Shown: positions 24,264-37,600 of the stretch, piece after piece
How positions within the stretch are numbered: the first letter of the stretch is position 1
Layout: every line of letters begins with the position of its first letter
Assembly (NCBI GenBank): GCA_030704615.1
Contig: CM060731.1
Span: 45,136,001-45,200,000, forward strand
Length of the DNA stretch: 64,000 bases
From: Takakia lepidozioides
Lineage: Eukaryota; Plantae; Bryophyta
Direction of reading: 5' to 3'
Notes under the pieces: model-generated
What the model was told of the DNA's origin: nothing
The model's input: only the letters and a program-made list of their open reading frames with translations
Databases searched by the model: none
Position numbers and translations under genes: made by a program

Positions 24264-25299
24264 GTCACAGTTTCTGCTCGACCCTGTAACTGTGTGCAAT
24301 TTTTTTGGCTCATCGCCTGTGGTTGGAAATGACAAGATGTTCATTCGGAGAAAACACCGTTTGACTTCTAGGCCGTCCTTCCATGTGGTCGAACCCGACC
24401 AAAAGATGACGTCATGGTCGGGTTTTGAACGTCCGCTAAGCACTTCTATGTGCGAAACCGGACCCAAACCCTATCTGGGGTCCAATCTCCCAACTCTCCG
24501 TGAAAAGCTGAGTTGGTTTTGGCGATCACGTGGCGAGCAGGTCTTTCTCGTGTGTGAAGCATGCGTGGATTTGTGTGAAGCACGTGGAAGAAGGAGACGG
24601 CAACACAACCCCCTCCTCTTGGGAGTTGGGGTGGTTACATGGAAGGACCGGCGCCAAGTCAACAGTCGGACCATTGGTCAAACCCATTCCAACGATGATG
24701 TGATTGGAAGGGGTCGGGTCTACATGGAAAGGCTAATCCTCCTCAAATACAATCCACCAAAGTCCACTGGATGGCTACGTTGTCCCATTAAATGCATGGT
24801 ACATGCTACCCATGCCCCATTGCTATTCGAGCCCCGACACAATGCAGTTTAGGAAAAGACACATTTCTCAACAAGGGTGGTGAAAGCACTATGGTCCATG
24901 TAGCGTTCTTTTTGCAACCAGCAAATTTGTTCATACTACTTTTTCGAAGGTGTAACACTTGATGATCATTTGTTTCAGTTATGCTCAAGCTGTAGCCTTG
25001 CAGGTGTGAAAATACCTTCAAGATTAATCAATCCACTATAAGGCTCAATAGTCTTCTCCTCTAAGATCTAGTCATCTCTCTCTCTCTCCTACTTTGTTGG
25101 TTATAAACCCAGAAGAATCCATGGCCAGAACACTGCAGGAAAACAACTATAATGCGTACCATTAAGGTTTCAGTTGCACGCAGCAAATAAATGCTACGTT
25201 AACATCATCTTGTAGTAACAAATATATTTCATCCAGAACCAAAATGGATGTCAAATGGATGACAATCATCCAAAAACATTGGTGCCGGGAAAAGATGAT

Positions 25300-27050
25300 C
25301 ATTTAACAACCATTGCATAATCTTTGCATGAGAGCAAAGCCAATAAGCCCTCTAAGTTTGCGTGGGCCCTGTCCATTAGAGGATGGTCGAGGAATCAAAA
25401 AGGGGGATATATAGTAGGCTACACAAGGATTTTCAGGGATAGCCTGAGTGACTTGAGCATTCCCGTCCACCAAATCATCATTCACTACAAACAAATTGGT
25501 TACAAAATTTGCTCATATAGCCTCTCCCTGGAAAGTGTGCTCAAAAGGCGTAAAATCCCACATTGTTCCCACCCAGAGACAATCATGTCCGTATGCACAT
25601 TCACCTGCACCCAAGCCTCCCACATCCAAATTGCTACATGTTCACGCATGGAAGGCAAGTCTGTCTTCACCTCTACCTCTTTAGCGGGCACATCTGCTTC
25701 CAATTGCTCTTGGATTTCACGTGATGACCATGTCTTGAATAGTGCAGCAAAAGCACACTTGAGAGGTCGTTGCAAGAGCACATCGGCAGGCTGTAGCTTA
25801 GAAGTACAATTGGCAGGAATATATAGGTCACAAATGTTTGGGTAATTATCTCACATGTATGCTTTAAACTCTGCAGACCTGTGCACGCTCCAACAATCAA
25901 TGAGCCAAATGACCTTTTGGTCTGAAGGTAGACCAAGAAGTTGTGTTTCCAACTTCATGTAAGGCATCAAAACAAACTCCACAAACTGCTGGCAAGTCTT
26001 TTGATTGGACCAATGATTGTTAAAGATGGCCAAATGCCAGCCATGCTTGAGAAGTCGACGAGTCTCTGCACTCTTGGGTAAAGATCGAGTGGTCTTTCCT
26101 TTGAACACAATCTGAAAAGGGATCAAATTTCCAGCAGCAGTGGAAGAAACACAAACCGTTACAGCTCGTTTATCTTCCACACCAATTTACGCATCGTCTT
26201 TCTTCCCATGTCTCTCCCACGTTCTCTCTCCTGCCATAGGAACAAGATGTATCCCCGTTTGATCAATGTTTATAACCAAGCTGGGAGGAATATTCTATAC
26301 CTCAATAAGGTATGCAATATGATGGGCCATTGTTGTCCTCTGTGCCTCCCAATCGTTTGGAACCTTGCCGTGGGCTGTACTTGCTCTCCGATAGCTCCAA
26401 TTCAAATGCTCGTGCATGAAATATCGGGTCCATTTAAGGCTTATTGTGCATCTTTTCGCATGTCCCTCCATACCCAACACATGAGGCGCTTTGGCTTGTA
26501 GATAACCTAGAATGATATGTTGTACAATGTCGACATTCAATGACTGACCAGCCGCTCGCATTGCAAGCAAGAGCTTGCAAAGGCCATCCAAAATGGATTT
26601 ATCCAATATTTCTATGACCGCGGTAGATACCTTGCTCTGAAACCAACCTCCCCCTCTCTTGGTCATGGCAGGAACATGACTCTTCATGACACCTTCAATG
26701 TCAAACCAGTTCCTCAATGATGACCTAGCCAACTTGTCATAAGGACTTGTAAATTGAGCCGGGGAACTTGTACGCACATTGGAGGTAGTCTATTACCTCC
26801 CTGGGGTTCTTAAGCCGCTTCATTGCAGCTTTGATAGGAGACCACAATTGTGCACTAAACCAATTGGTATAGTCATCACGTTGTTTTCGGTTACGTTTGT
26901 AACCTGCACCAGAATGACTGTCGCGACTAGGCTGAACCGTAGCGGATTGATAGACCTGGAGTTGTGAGCACAAAATACGGCAATAAGGTACCCATGTTTC
27001 TACGGAAATGTTTTGCCCACGGGGGGTTGATAGAACGTGAGAGAGCGTCA
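25300..27050 (-). mobile_element. Degraded pogo/Fot1-like (DDE_1, Tc1/mariner superfamily) transposase
   Basis: VINIDQTGIHLVP; EDKRAVTVCVSSTAAGNLIPFQIVFKGKT; NHWSN; IDCWSVH; IPANCTSKLQPADVLLQRPLK. Stops and frameshifts present; TIRs not identified. Confidence 0.85.
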
Positions 27051-27333
27051 AATGTGGGTAATAATTTAAAAATTAGAGCTTGTATTAGTTGGAAATGTAA
27101 GAGTGAGTCCCATTTAAATTGTCTCTAAGGTACAATTGAATCACACTATGTCCTGTAAAACACATGGTGTGACACAAAAATTGAGCCACCGTAGCCTGCT
27201 TTCAGCCGCCTCTTTTCCCCCCACACTACATTTTTATTAACAGACGAACCCAAGATTTCTATAGTCTTGGCAAAGAAAAAATGGAGTCGTGAGCACAAAA
27301 TACAGCAATAGCGTACCCATGTTTCCACGGAAG
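26958..27333 (+). repeat. ~50-bp imperfect direct repeat (26958-27008 and 27283-27333)
   Basis: GGAGT(T/C)GTGAGCACAAAATAC(G/A)GCAATA..GTACCCATGTTTC.ACGGAA occurs twice. Confidence 0.8.
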
Positions 27334-29062
27334 AATGCACACAACTAGGGTTCCTACCCGCGAAATAGGGGTTTTTGTGCCTAATTTTGTGCCTATTTCT
27401 GTCCCTAAACCCTAATGCGACGTAGGCTCCCTAATGTATATCTACAAGCTCCAAGTTCCAAATACTTACAACTTTGGTATCCTACTAAAAAATAGCAAAA
27501 AACAAAGTTGCAATAATCAACACCATCCAAAACACACAAATACCAAACAATAATTGAATAATTTAATATAATGAGGCAAACAACGGGTTTCGCCAGCGAA
27601 ATAAACTAAGGTATCGAGTTTCGCCAGCGAAATTTCAAGGTATTGATGCGTACATTATTATCCAATGGTTTCGAGGGCGAAACAAAATGAGTTGTGTTTG
27701 GTTTTGCGTATAAGGGACGACGTGAGGTTGTATTATTTCGCTAACGAATTGTTACGTGCTTATTGCGGTAGGTCATTACCCATGCTTTCATGGGCGGAAC
27801 AAAATGAATTGTGTTTAGTTTCGCATATTAGTGATTGCTAGGAGCATCAACGCCACATGATTGAATAAGCAACTATTAATCAACAAAAATTGTTGATAGA
27901 GATGGCACTGATAGGAATTCTCTATGCCCCAACTGCGCTTGGCTTGTGCTCACGTGAGCAGACTTGTGCTAACATGAGCACAAATTTCACGTTTTAGTTT
28001 CGCTAAAGCATTTTCCAAGAATACTCTTGGAATATGTGGTATGTCCTTTTCAGCTCATGCACTACAACAGATCCCGGCTTTAACGCCGCCACATTTGCCC
28101 AATCGTAGCATATATGTCTACAAAATGCAAGGGGGCAGTCCTGGTTGCCAATTGTGACCACCAGAAGTCGTATATGCCACCTTGTACCTCCGCCATGTCA
28201 CGATCTGCGGTCAAACACGTTTGACCAGATAGAGGAAGATGGTAGATATGACTAGGAGTCATGGCCAAAACTGCAATATGATGACGTGGGCATGGGAATG
28301 TATGACTGCCAGTATTCACAACTACACGTGGCGATTGCCGGTTGCCCAAGGAGTGTCTATGTGGACGATGCAAACATAAATGGATGAAACAGATGCAGGA
28401 TGTGATTGCAAATGACGACGTGTCAACATATCATTGCTCGCGGGCACTAAGCCACACCATCTAAATAAATAAATGAATGGATGAATGAATGATTAGGATG
28501 AATTAGGATGAATGTGCTCGAATTTAGGGTTGTTAGATTGCAGTGTTAAGTATGAGGATAATAAGTAGTAAAAATATTTAACTACTGTTTCACTGACCCA
28601 GCAGATTAACAGTAAAACTAATCGACTGCTGGTTAAGGTTAGTGAAACAAAACAACTGTATTATCTCAACGAATGATACACAAATGTCTTGCTGGCAACT
28701 ATTGGATGAACGTATCAAACAAATTTTTTGTGCACTGGATGAACGTATGAACGAATGATACAACAAACACCTTGCTGACAACTATTGGATGAACGCAGGA
28801 ACGAATGATAATGCAAACGCTGAGTTGGCAGCTACTGGATGAACTGACAGTGAAACTCATTTAAAAATTTATTTTGGATGAATGGATGAAATTAAAATGG
28901 CCAAAAAATGGAAAAACAAATGAATGGATGGATGTATTGATGGAAAACCTCCAAAATCCATCCATCTATCGCTACATTCATCCATCCAGTCATGAGCAGA
29001 GGGGACTAGGCGTTTTTTTTTTTTTCTCCCCTGCCATTTGTTTGTTTTCTTTGTGTCAAGTT

Positions 29063-29208
29063 TGATCGTGAGAGACGACAAACAGGACGGAGCTGTGTTT
29101 GCTTTCTTTTAGTGTCGAGTCTGATCATGAGAGACGTCAAACAGGACGGAGCTATGTTTGTTTTGTCTTAGGGTCGAGTCTGATCATGAGAGACGACAAG
29201 CGGAGCTG
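29063..29208 (+). repeat. ~59-bp tandem repeat, ~2.5 copies
   Basis: TGATC(G/A)TGAGAGACG.CAAACAGGACGGAGCT...TCGAGTC repeated. Confidence 0.8.
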
Positions 29209-29236
29209 GTGGGATAGGGGGCAGACATGGACTCGA

Positions 29237-29335
29237 ACCCTAGAATCGGGGCGTGAAGATGTGGTGCACGATGTGGCCATCGACTACTATGGGAAGCGGC
29301 TGGCCACCTTCACGATGGACAACCGCAGTCGCAAG
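29237..29335 (+). pseudogene. SEC13: SEC13-like WD40 N-terminal fragment
   Basis: TLESGREDVVHDVAIDYYGKRLAT matches the SEC13 N-terminus (ETGH.D.VHDV.MDYYGKR.AT). No downstream SEC13 exons. Confidence 0.8.
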
Positions 29336-29718
29336 GTGTGGTTTTTTCTCAATGTACGATGTGCAGAAGTTTGTCCATCCTGCAAATGTGGGCTCTTGGC
29401 GACTGTTAGTACCATGATTTGGTATTCTTCCTGCTGTTTACAAGGTTCTTCGGAGAGTCAGCTTGGTCTTAGCAGGTCGTGTTTCAATCTCTGCTCGTTC
29501 AGCTGTACTGTGGTCATCTTGTTTGGCTGTAGGTGGGATGACTCAGTTTTTGGATGCTTGTGTTGATGTTTTCAAGGATAAACTGGATACAAGCACTCAC
29601 AAACAGGAATATCATATGGATGTGCCGATATGTCGATCAAGTGCTTTCAGTTTTCACCTCCTGTCTTTGATTGTCTGGTTCGAAGTGGCCACTCAAATAT
29701 TGATGAACTTCAGGTAGG

Positions 29719-29920
29719 GAAATGAAATGAAATGAAACGAAATGGTACTTTCTAACGTCTGCGGAAAGCTCAGTCGGAGAGAGTCGGTTTTGTCAGCGCT
29801 TTGGGGTGGGAGATAAATGGGCTCCGGCAGCTCGAAGTCCAGCTCCGGACCTTCTGATGCTTTGATACCCAAGGTCAGCTGTTCAACGAGATTGTCTGCT
29901 CCACACTCTCTCTCTCTCTT
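29719..29920 (-). mobile_element. Short retroposon sharing the RTE-X family B 3' end and (ATTTC)n tail (SINE-like or another subfamily)
   Basis: (GAAAT)n-GGTACTTTCTAACGTCTGCGGAAAGCTC on + matches the termini at ~61600, ~62220 and ~63370, but the body differs. Confidence 0.7.
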
Positions 29921-30659
29921 TTCTCTTGAATACAACTGATTGATGGGCTTTTCCTGTTATTCTATTTTGTCATGTAGGACCTGTGGTCCCTGTGGACTCA
30001 TCCAGTTTGTTTTTTTTCTCTCCCTGCAGCGATTCTGGTCTGGTTTCTGCTTTACTGTTGGACTTTCATGGATGTTATAAAGCTTATCATGGTTTTGGTT
30101 TGCCAGCTTTCTACAGTGTTATTCTAATCTGTAGACCTCCCTGGCCAACATGATGATCAATTATTCTTATCAGATTAGCACTGAGCAGCTGCGACTGTTT
30201 GTTTCAAGCCGCGTGCGATAACTCATAGAAAGAGATTCTCAACTTGGATAGTGTTTGAAGTGCCTTACAGAGTTTTGCTGGTGCTTTGTATCCAGTGGTA
30301 CGTGGACTTGGACACCCAATGTTCCAAGTCCTTCTTCAGCAAACAAATACGGTAAGGAGTCTAGATCTTCACTTTGATCTATGTAATGTAATGTGTGCCT
30401 TCTTTTGGACATGCAGGGCGAACATGTAGTCCGTATTCCATAACACTCTGGTATGGCACAGTCCTGCGGTGTATGCTTTGAAATTATTCTGTGTTTTCTC
30501 TATCATCTGTGCTTTGGCAAGACATTGATGAATGTGGACAATCTTGATATTTGAAGAGAAAGAAAGAAAGTGTGAAGATGAAATGTAGTCGACATGATGT
30601 AATTAGGTGCCCTCCTTCGCTGATGATGCTGGTCTACATGTGGGTATGTGAATGTACAG

Positions 30660-30742
30660 GGGCGTGGAACAGTGGTCACAGGGCGTGTGGAACAGGGGAT
30701 AATTAAGTTGGCGAGGAAGTTGAAGTGATTGGGCTTTGCACG
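30660..30742 (+). pseudogene. Isolated exon of nuclear-encoded organellar (mitochondrial-type) elongation factor Tu
   Basis: cag|GRGTVVTGRVEQGIIK[1-nt deletion]GEEVEVIGL..|gtaac: EF-Tu domain II motif with both splice sites retained. Confidence 0.85.
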
Positions 30743-31394
30743 GTAACAATCTTCCTTGCACAGAAACCTGGGCCCATATAACTTTCCTTCCTTTGGCAAT
30801 GTCAGTACAGGGATTTGCTGTGTGATTCACTTCAGTTGGGTCATGACACAAGGTCAAGGACAATGTGGTGAGGGCACCTTCTTCTTTGACCTATTTCAGC
30901 CTGTTTTGCCCTCTCACCAAACTCGGCCCTGAGATGCATATTGAATGCTATAAGTTAGCTCGTTGCTCGTTGATAAGTAGGGTTGGGGGTGTTTGCTGGA
31001 ACAATTCTAGGCCGTCATTGTCAGCTTCTAGCAGGAAGGCAAAGATATATGCATGATTTTGTGCAGAGGCATAGATAGCTGAAGGAGCAGGGATAGAGTG
31101 TGTGTCCAGATTCATCCAAGAGGGCCGGATTTCAAGCTCCACAGTACCTATGATTCCCTGTGGAAGGATAGATACAAGAAACCTGCATGGATAGATGGTC
31201 AACTGGAAGCCGCAGCAGCAGCGGCACAATTGATAAAATCAGGCACTGCTAATGAAGGCACCTTCTTCAACACATTTCACCCTGTTTTCCCCTCTTATCA
31301 GAATCGGCCCTCAATTTTCATGTTGAATTCTGCAAGTTAGCTGTTGAGTGAATCTAGTTGGGAGTGACTTTGACATGATACTGCCAATGTGACA

Positions 31395-32410
31395 AGGATG
31401 TGCATTGAACTCATTGGTAGTGGGATATTGGGATAACTCTTGGCCATGTACCATCGTCAAAGCTGAAATTGTACTGGTGGACATGTATGCCAAATGTGGG
31501 TGCAGCAAGCCTGATGCGAAGGGAGAGTTTGACAACATGGCTAAATGAGATGTGGTGTTGTGGAGTGCCATGATTGCAAGGTATGTGCAGCATGGGTGTG
31601 GGATTAAGGCTTTGGAAACCTAAGAGCAAATGATGTGGGAAAGGATGAAGCCAGACCAGGTCATGTTCATTTGTGTTTGTAATATGCATATGCGAGCCTA
31701 GAAGCCCTGGGAAGGGGCCAAGAGGTTCATGGTGACATCATCAAAGCTGGAATTGTACCTGATGTCATTCTGAACATTCCCTTGGTGTACATGTATGTCA
31801 AATGCGAGCCTGGTAGCCCTAGAAAGGACGCAAAGGTCCATGGTGACATTGTCAAAGCTGGAATTGTACCACTAGATGTCTCTAAACACTGCCTTGGTGG
31901 ATATGTATGTCAAATGCAAGCCTGGCAGCCCTGAAAAATGGTGCAGAGGTCCACGGTAATATCGTCAAAGCTGGTATTGTATCTGATGTGATTCTGAATG
32001 TTGCCGTAGTGGACATGTATGCCAAGTTTGGGTACAACTACAATGATACAATTGGCATGCAGTTTGATAATATGGCTGAATGAGATGTGGTATCAGCCTA
32101 GCCCATAATTGCACTTAACTAGAGTAGGCAATGAGTGAAGACGGGGTTCGTGGCTACATCGTCCAAGCTGGAATTGAATTGATGTCGTTCTGAAATATGC
32201 CCTTGTGGTGGTGTGCAGAGCAGGAGCGCGGGATGGGGCTTTGGAGACTTGAAAGCAAATGATGGGGGAAGGGGTGAAGCTCGACCACATCATGTTTGTG
32301 TGCGTTTGCAGTGCGTGTGCAAGCCTGGCAGCCTTGGAAAGCACATGCAAAGAGGTACATGGTTGCATCACCAAAACTGGAATTGTACCAGATGTGATTT
32401 GCCTGGAGAC
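31395..32410 (+). pseudogene. PLS-class pentatricopeptide repeat (PPR) pseudogene fragments
   Basis: LVDMYAKCG; FDNM..DVVLWSAMIA.YVQHG; MKPDQVMFI; G.EVHGDIIKAGIVPDV...LV.MYVKC (about 3 tandem copies); CSACASLAAL. Many stops and frameshifts. Confidence 0.88.
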
Positions 32411-34660
32411 GCCCTCCAAATATAGGGCCAAGATCCGGGAGGGATTAGACTAAAATTAGGGTAAGAAGACGAGGTTTGAGCGAGAGGGGGTCGGTGGCAG
32501 CCATGAGCGTTGCTGTGCACTTGGTTTTCCTGCAGTTTGTTTTTGCTCTCCTGGCTTTGCGCGCTTGGTTCCATGTCTATGTGTTGTGTGCACGTTGCCG
32601 TTTGTGTGTAGGGAGCCGTTGTATAGCGGGATCGTTTCTGTAGTACGAGCAGCCGGCAATAGTTACGAGCAGCAATAAGATCGCAGGGCCTACTTGTTTT
32701 GTGAAATCTGGTGTTTGAGAGAGTTGCTTTGCTCAAGAGAGGTTCATTGCTTATGAGGTGCAAGGCAAGTTGAGAGTAGGCCTAAATATCTTCATTGCAC
32801 ATACATTCCTGCTGGAATTGATGGCGCCCTGTCAGAGAGAGAGTGCTGCAAGGTGTGAGTGAAGCAAAATGGGTTCTGGAACTCTTCCCCACCCGCGCCA
32901 AAGCATTTAGCTGCAGATGCAACTGTCATTGCAAACTGGGCTCAGCAATTGGGGCAATCTCCTGAGCAAGTCGCTGTGCAGGGCCAGATCGCAGAACCAA
33001 ATCGACTCATTCTTCATTTGTTGGATGCAGGATGTCATTTCCTCCCTGCTATAGTCGATTCTGACCTGAAACCGTCATCCAAAATTTCCAAATTCCATTT
33101 TTTTTGCACATGTTAAAAAATCCGGCCCCACATTCAAAGGTGGGGAATTGCAAGATCTGCACTGATTGCCCCACAATTTGTACAGGCTGTGCATTGGATA
33201 GGTACCTTCAAATTGTCCGGTCAATTTTTTAAAAACTCACAATGAGCATTATGCCCCTTTTCACTTTTCCCGGGGTGGCCAAAAAAACTGGTGTGGGCGT
33301 TTAAGGGCAGGTACTAACTTAGTAAATAGTAAGAGGCAGGGGGGGAAGAGCGCTCCTCCTTTATATATCATCCATGGACAACTGTTTAGGCATTTTGCGC
33401 CTAATAATTATTTCAATCAATCAGACTGCTTAGGCACGTTTCTCAAACCATTTCTCACATTAGGCATCTTCATGCTATAAGTCTTAGAATTAGGCACATG
33501 AGAAGAGAAAATATTCATTTTCTTAAGAATAAAAATACAAAATAGAAACCCATTGCCCCCATCCAAGCTCCAACTACCCTTCATTTCCTTTGAAACCCTA
33601 AAAATGCCCCTCTTTGTTGTACGCCATGCTCCAACGCTGAAGCTTGTTCAGGGCTCACCAAGTCACTAGTGGTAAGCAAACATCTTACTTGATTTCAATG
33701 ATGGTACTTGCTGGTACAGTGCATCACTTATCACTTCAGTAGACTTGGTAAGTAGACTTGGTCTAACCAGATAATTGAGCATGAGTGATAGCCCAAGGAT
33801 GTACCGGTAGTACAACAATGAACTAAGCGTAATCTTTGATATTGGGAATCTTCTCAGATATGTTATTCAAGGCCACAGTTGTTCAAAAGTCCAATTTTTC
33901 AAAGGTGCAGATTAAAGAGGATGGCAGGATGGTAGGTAAGGTGCAAAGAGGTTGGATAATAATTTACAAACTCCTCAATTTACTGAAGGGTGTTTCTGGC
34001 ACGGGGATACTAAGTACCCTGCGGGAGCTTGTGATTTGGCACCAGTACAATACGACATGTGAGAAGGGAATAGTGTATGTACCGGTAGTACAACCTATCA
34101 CTTACACACTCTTACACACTCTATAATTTTATATGTGGGATTGGTGCTGGCTGTTAGGGGGACTGTAATATGAAGCAATCAATGCTAGTGTCAAAGTAAC
34201 ATTAGAGGAAGGTAAGACTGGGGAGCAGGACTCAACACAATACAATAATTGGTGCCCAGTGTAAGGTTCTCTCATCACCTTTGACGACTTCAACACGATG
34301 AGTAGTCTCTCTCTACAAGAAAGCCAATAACCCAATGGTTCTGAGCATGTGTGCACCATCAAGGTCATCCTGCGTTCAATCCTTCTACTCTCCAGGACTT
34401 TGAACACACTTTCAACACTTCAACTTTGCAACACCTACTAGGTAGGTAGGTAGATCAATACACAAGGTACCGACCTCGACGACTGGTACCTGGGGACCTT
34501 CTTTAGGGTTTGTGGGGACCATCCCAAGGAAACATTGAAAGCTACGAGGGGGTTGGGAGTTTTAGGCAGGATTTAATCTTGTGTCTGTAAAATCGGAAGG
34601 GACACGAGAAGTGGAGAGATTTGCTCCAATTCTCCTTCAAGACAGCGAAGGAAAGGATTG

Positions 34661-37600
34661 ATGGAGAGAGAAGCGGTAAGCGATCCAGCAAGAGCATGGG
34701 TATGATCAATTCTCTGGATTGTGTGCAAAATGTGAACCTGTTTATCGGTCGGAGCATGTGTTGCATTGCTTTTGGCATGTCCTCCCTTTTTTGTAGGTGG
34801 TGGTGGGGAGGGGGTTCAAAGCGTGGAAGATTTGTAGAGAGCGCGGAAAATAATATTACCCGTGTTTCTTAACGTTGGAGGCGAAGTAGAATACTGGAGA
34901 TTTTTGTGTATTGTGAGGCCGTAGAGAAAAAATTATGCCTTTCCAGTACGTGTTAGGAAAAGCTTTCGATAGGTTTTCGCTGAACTCCATGAGGGCCTGC
35001 AGGATTTGATCAGAAAAGCAGCTAGCCGGGTGGGGCGAGAGGTGCACGTCTTTGTCAGGCCCGCAGCCCTTTCGACTTCCGAGGGCAGCAATACGCCTAC
35101 CAGTCCTCGTCCTGCTCAAGGTAAAATTCCTATCACACGAATACTGAATCAAGAATTCGGAGGGGGAGAGAATTGTTTCACAATGCAATAATAAATTCTG
35201 TGTCATTGCATGGGCTCTTGAACAGTCTTGATTTTGAAACCTTTTGTAAGCCCGAGTTAACAAGGCACATAAAATAAGACTAGCATTACACCTTTCGTGT
35301 GCTAATTGCATCTTGCACACCTGGAACCTGTCTTCTCTATCACATCTAGAATGAGGTGCTTAGGACTGTCGTCTGCAACTGGTTAAAAGCAAAGATCACT
35401 TTTGGGGCAAATGGCATGCAGCCTCTCAAATCACCCATGAAGTGTTATCCAACCAGGTTATGCTTTCTTGGTTTTAATTGTTTTCCTCTTAAGCCTACCC
35501 TAAATTTGGCATTGGAGTGTCACACCAATATATAGAGTGTGAACTGAGTCAAAAATGTTATTAATGTCCAACCTCAACCAAGATCTATTTGCAGTTCATA
35601 GGATTGGCTCATGATAATTTGTTGGGTGTACACGCCACCTGTGTGGCTCATGGGAAGCAGATTATGGGGGAGGTGGGAGGTGTTCTGTTGTAGAAATAGG
35701 CGAGTTGGTGTGCAGTTGCATAGAACCCAGTCCCGTGGTTTTAATTCAGAGATACCTACTAGTCATCTTCCGCACATTTGTGTTGCTTTGAAATGTAAGG
35801 AGTATCCTTTGAACCAAGGTTTATTAGTGCTGGATATAGTTTGGCTCTCATAGACATTTCTTGAAGGACTAAGTTATTTTCTGTAAAGCTCTTCTGGTTG
35901 TGAATAACCTCTAGAAATGGACTCTTATTTCAGTTGGATGTCCATGCGAGAAATAGGAGGATTTAAAGGATTGTCCCGAAGTGATAGAGGTCATTAACTT
36001 TTTTAATTGATCTAGAGGGCGGAAAACAACAATGTGCGAGTTAGTCTCCAAAAAAAAAATTCATCATCTTGAAGTCATATGTGGGCAGCATTTCAGCGTA
36101 CCATTCAAAATGTGATGCTGGAATCTGCTTGTCATGTGTGGTTTAATGCTGTTACAATGTTCTTTGAGTGTCTTCTGTCTCTTGTTTCAAAGCATCTATG
36201 GTTGCCTTGGACATGGTCTATCTTTCTGCATCTTTAACCCTTTCAAATTTCCGTCTGGAGTCTCCTTTGCTCCTGCATTGAGTCGTATGTTTCGTGTGAG
36301 CAATGTTTGACCACTATACCTCCAAGTTTTGCAGAAGAGGAGCCTGATGATTTCTATGAGTTCACAGCAGAGGATTATGCCCGTGTAATGGCTAGCAAGA
36401 AAAAAGGTCTTTATCTTATCTCTTCTTCGAACTCCATCTAAGCTTACAAAATGTTATTGAGATTGCATGTAAACAGAACTCATTTCCTTCTTCTTGGGAC
36501 AGATGTGTTTTTGAAGACGAAAAAAATTCGTGAAGAAGAGGGGGCAGCGAGGAGGGCCCGCTTTCCCCAGGTTTGGTTACCCCCCTCCTCTGGAACCTCA
36601 CAGCCCCAAAATGTTCTCTCCCTTGACCATATCATTCTATCTTCACACACACAGGTGGACATGACAGGATCCAGTATAAAATGGGCCTTCAATGTGATTT
36701 GTGCTGGTCTTCTGCCACCAGAATCTTCTTCATTCTTTCTGCTGCAGTTCCTCTTCTCACTTGAAACTTATCAGTACTGTGTGCAGGCCACTGTGAGGGT
36801 GCAATTCCCAGACAGCTATATCTTGGAGGCTACTTTCCAATCAACTGACTCTGTAGGATTGCTTACTGAGTTGCTGCAGAAAGTGGTATTACGGCCTGAG
36901 TTACCCTTTCATTTGTGTAATATTTCTTTTCACTCCTCTTTCCTTGACTTTCGTTTTGTGTGTTTTTGCTCTAACAATTTGCTGGCCATGTGACACTCAA
37001 ATGACTTGTGAACTACTCGGAATATTTGGAGGGCTGTCCTAATTGGAGAAGATATGGTGGGGTGGCTTGGCAGACACAACACCACCAAAACAATATATTA
37101 AGAATTTAGACCAGAGCATGTATGATGCGGGTTTTGCTCCTGGTGCCTACATCTATTTTGCATACCAGCACACTAAAGGTTTTTACCAGCACTTCCTTTT
37201 TTGCTTGCCAACTAGAGCAGCATATAGGTTATGACATGTGTTTTGTATGCAAATTATCTATAAACTGTCTTTTAGATGCGCTTGGTTATTTCCCAGTACT
37301 GTACACTGCGTTTTCAGTGAAAGATAGTGTGTACTAACTGACTCTGCCTTGAGAGTGTTGGCTATGGGGTCCTTGGAGTGCATAATGGCCCCTGGGATAT
37401 CAAATCTTCTGGAGATGTTGTAGCAGTGTTGAAAGTCAGCCCGAAACTGTAGCTCATTTCTCATGTCTCAGTCTCATGTAGCATTTTTTGAAATTAGATG
37501 GGCCTACTTGAAGCAGGGGATGAAGTGAAAGGATCCTATCTTCGACACGATATACAAGCACTGCGGGATGTCCATCTTTTGGCAGCTCCCATTCGGAACC

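Larger units (their letters stand above)
28460..33322 (+). mobile_element. Putative non-autonomous Helitron-like element carrying gene fragments
   Basis: A|TCTAAATAAATAAA start followed by GGATGA(A)-rich repeats. Candidate degenerate 3' end ...GGTACTAACTTAG|T. Interior is a same-strand mosaic of unrelated exon fragments. Termini are not canonical. Confidence 0.35.
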
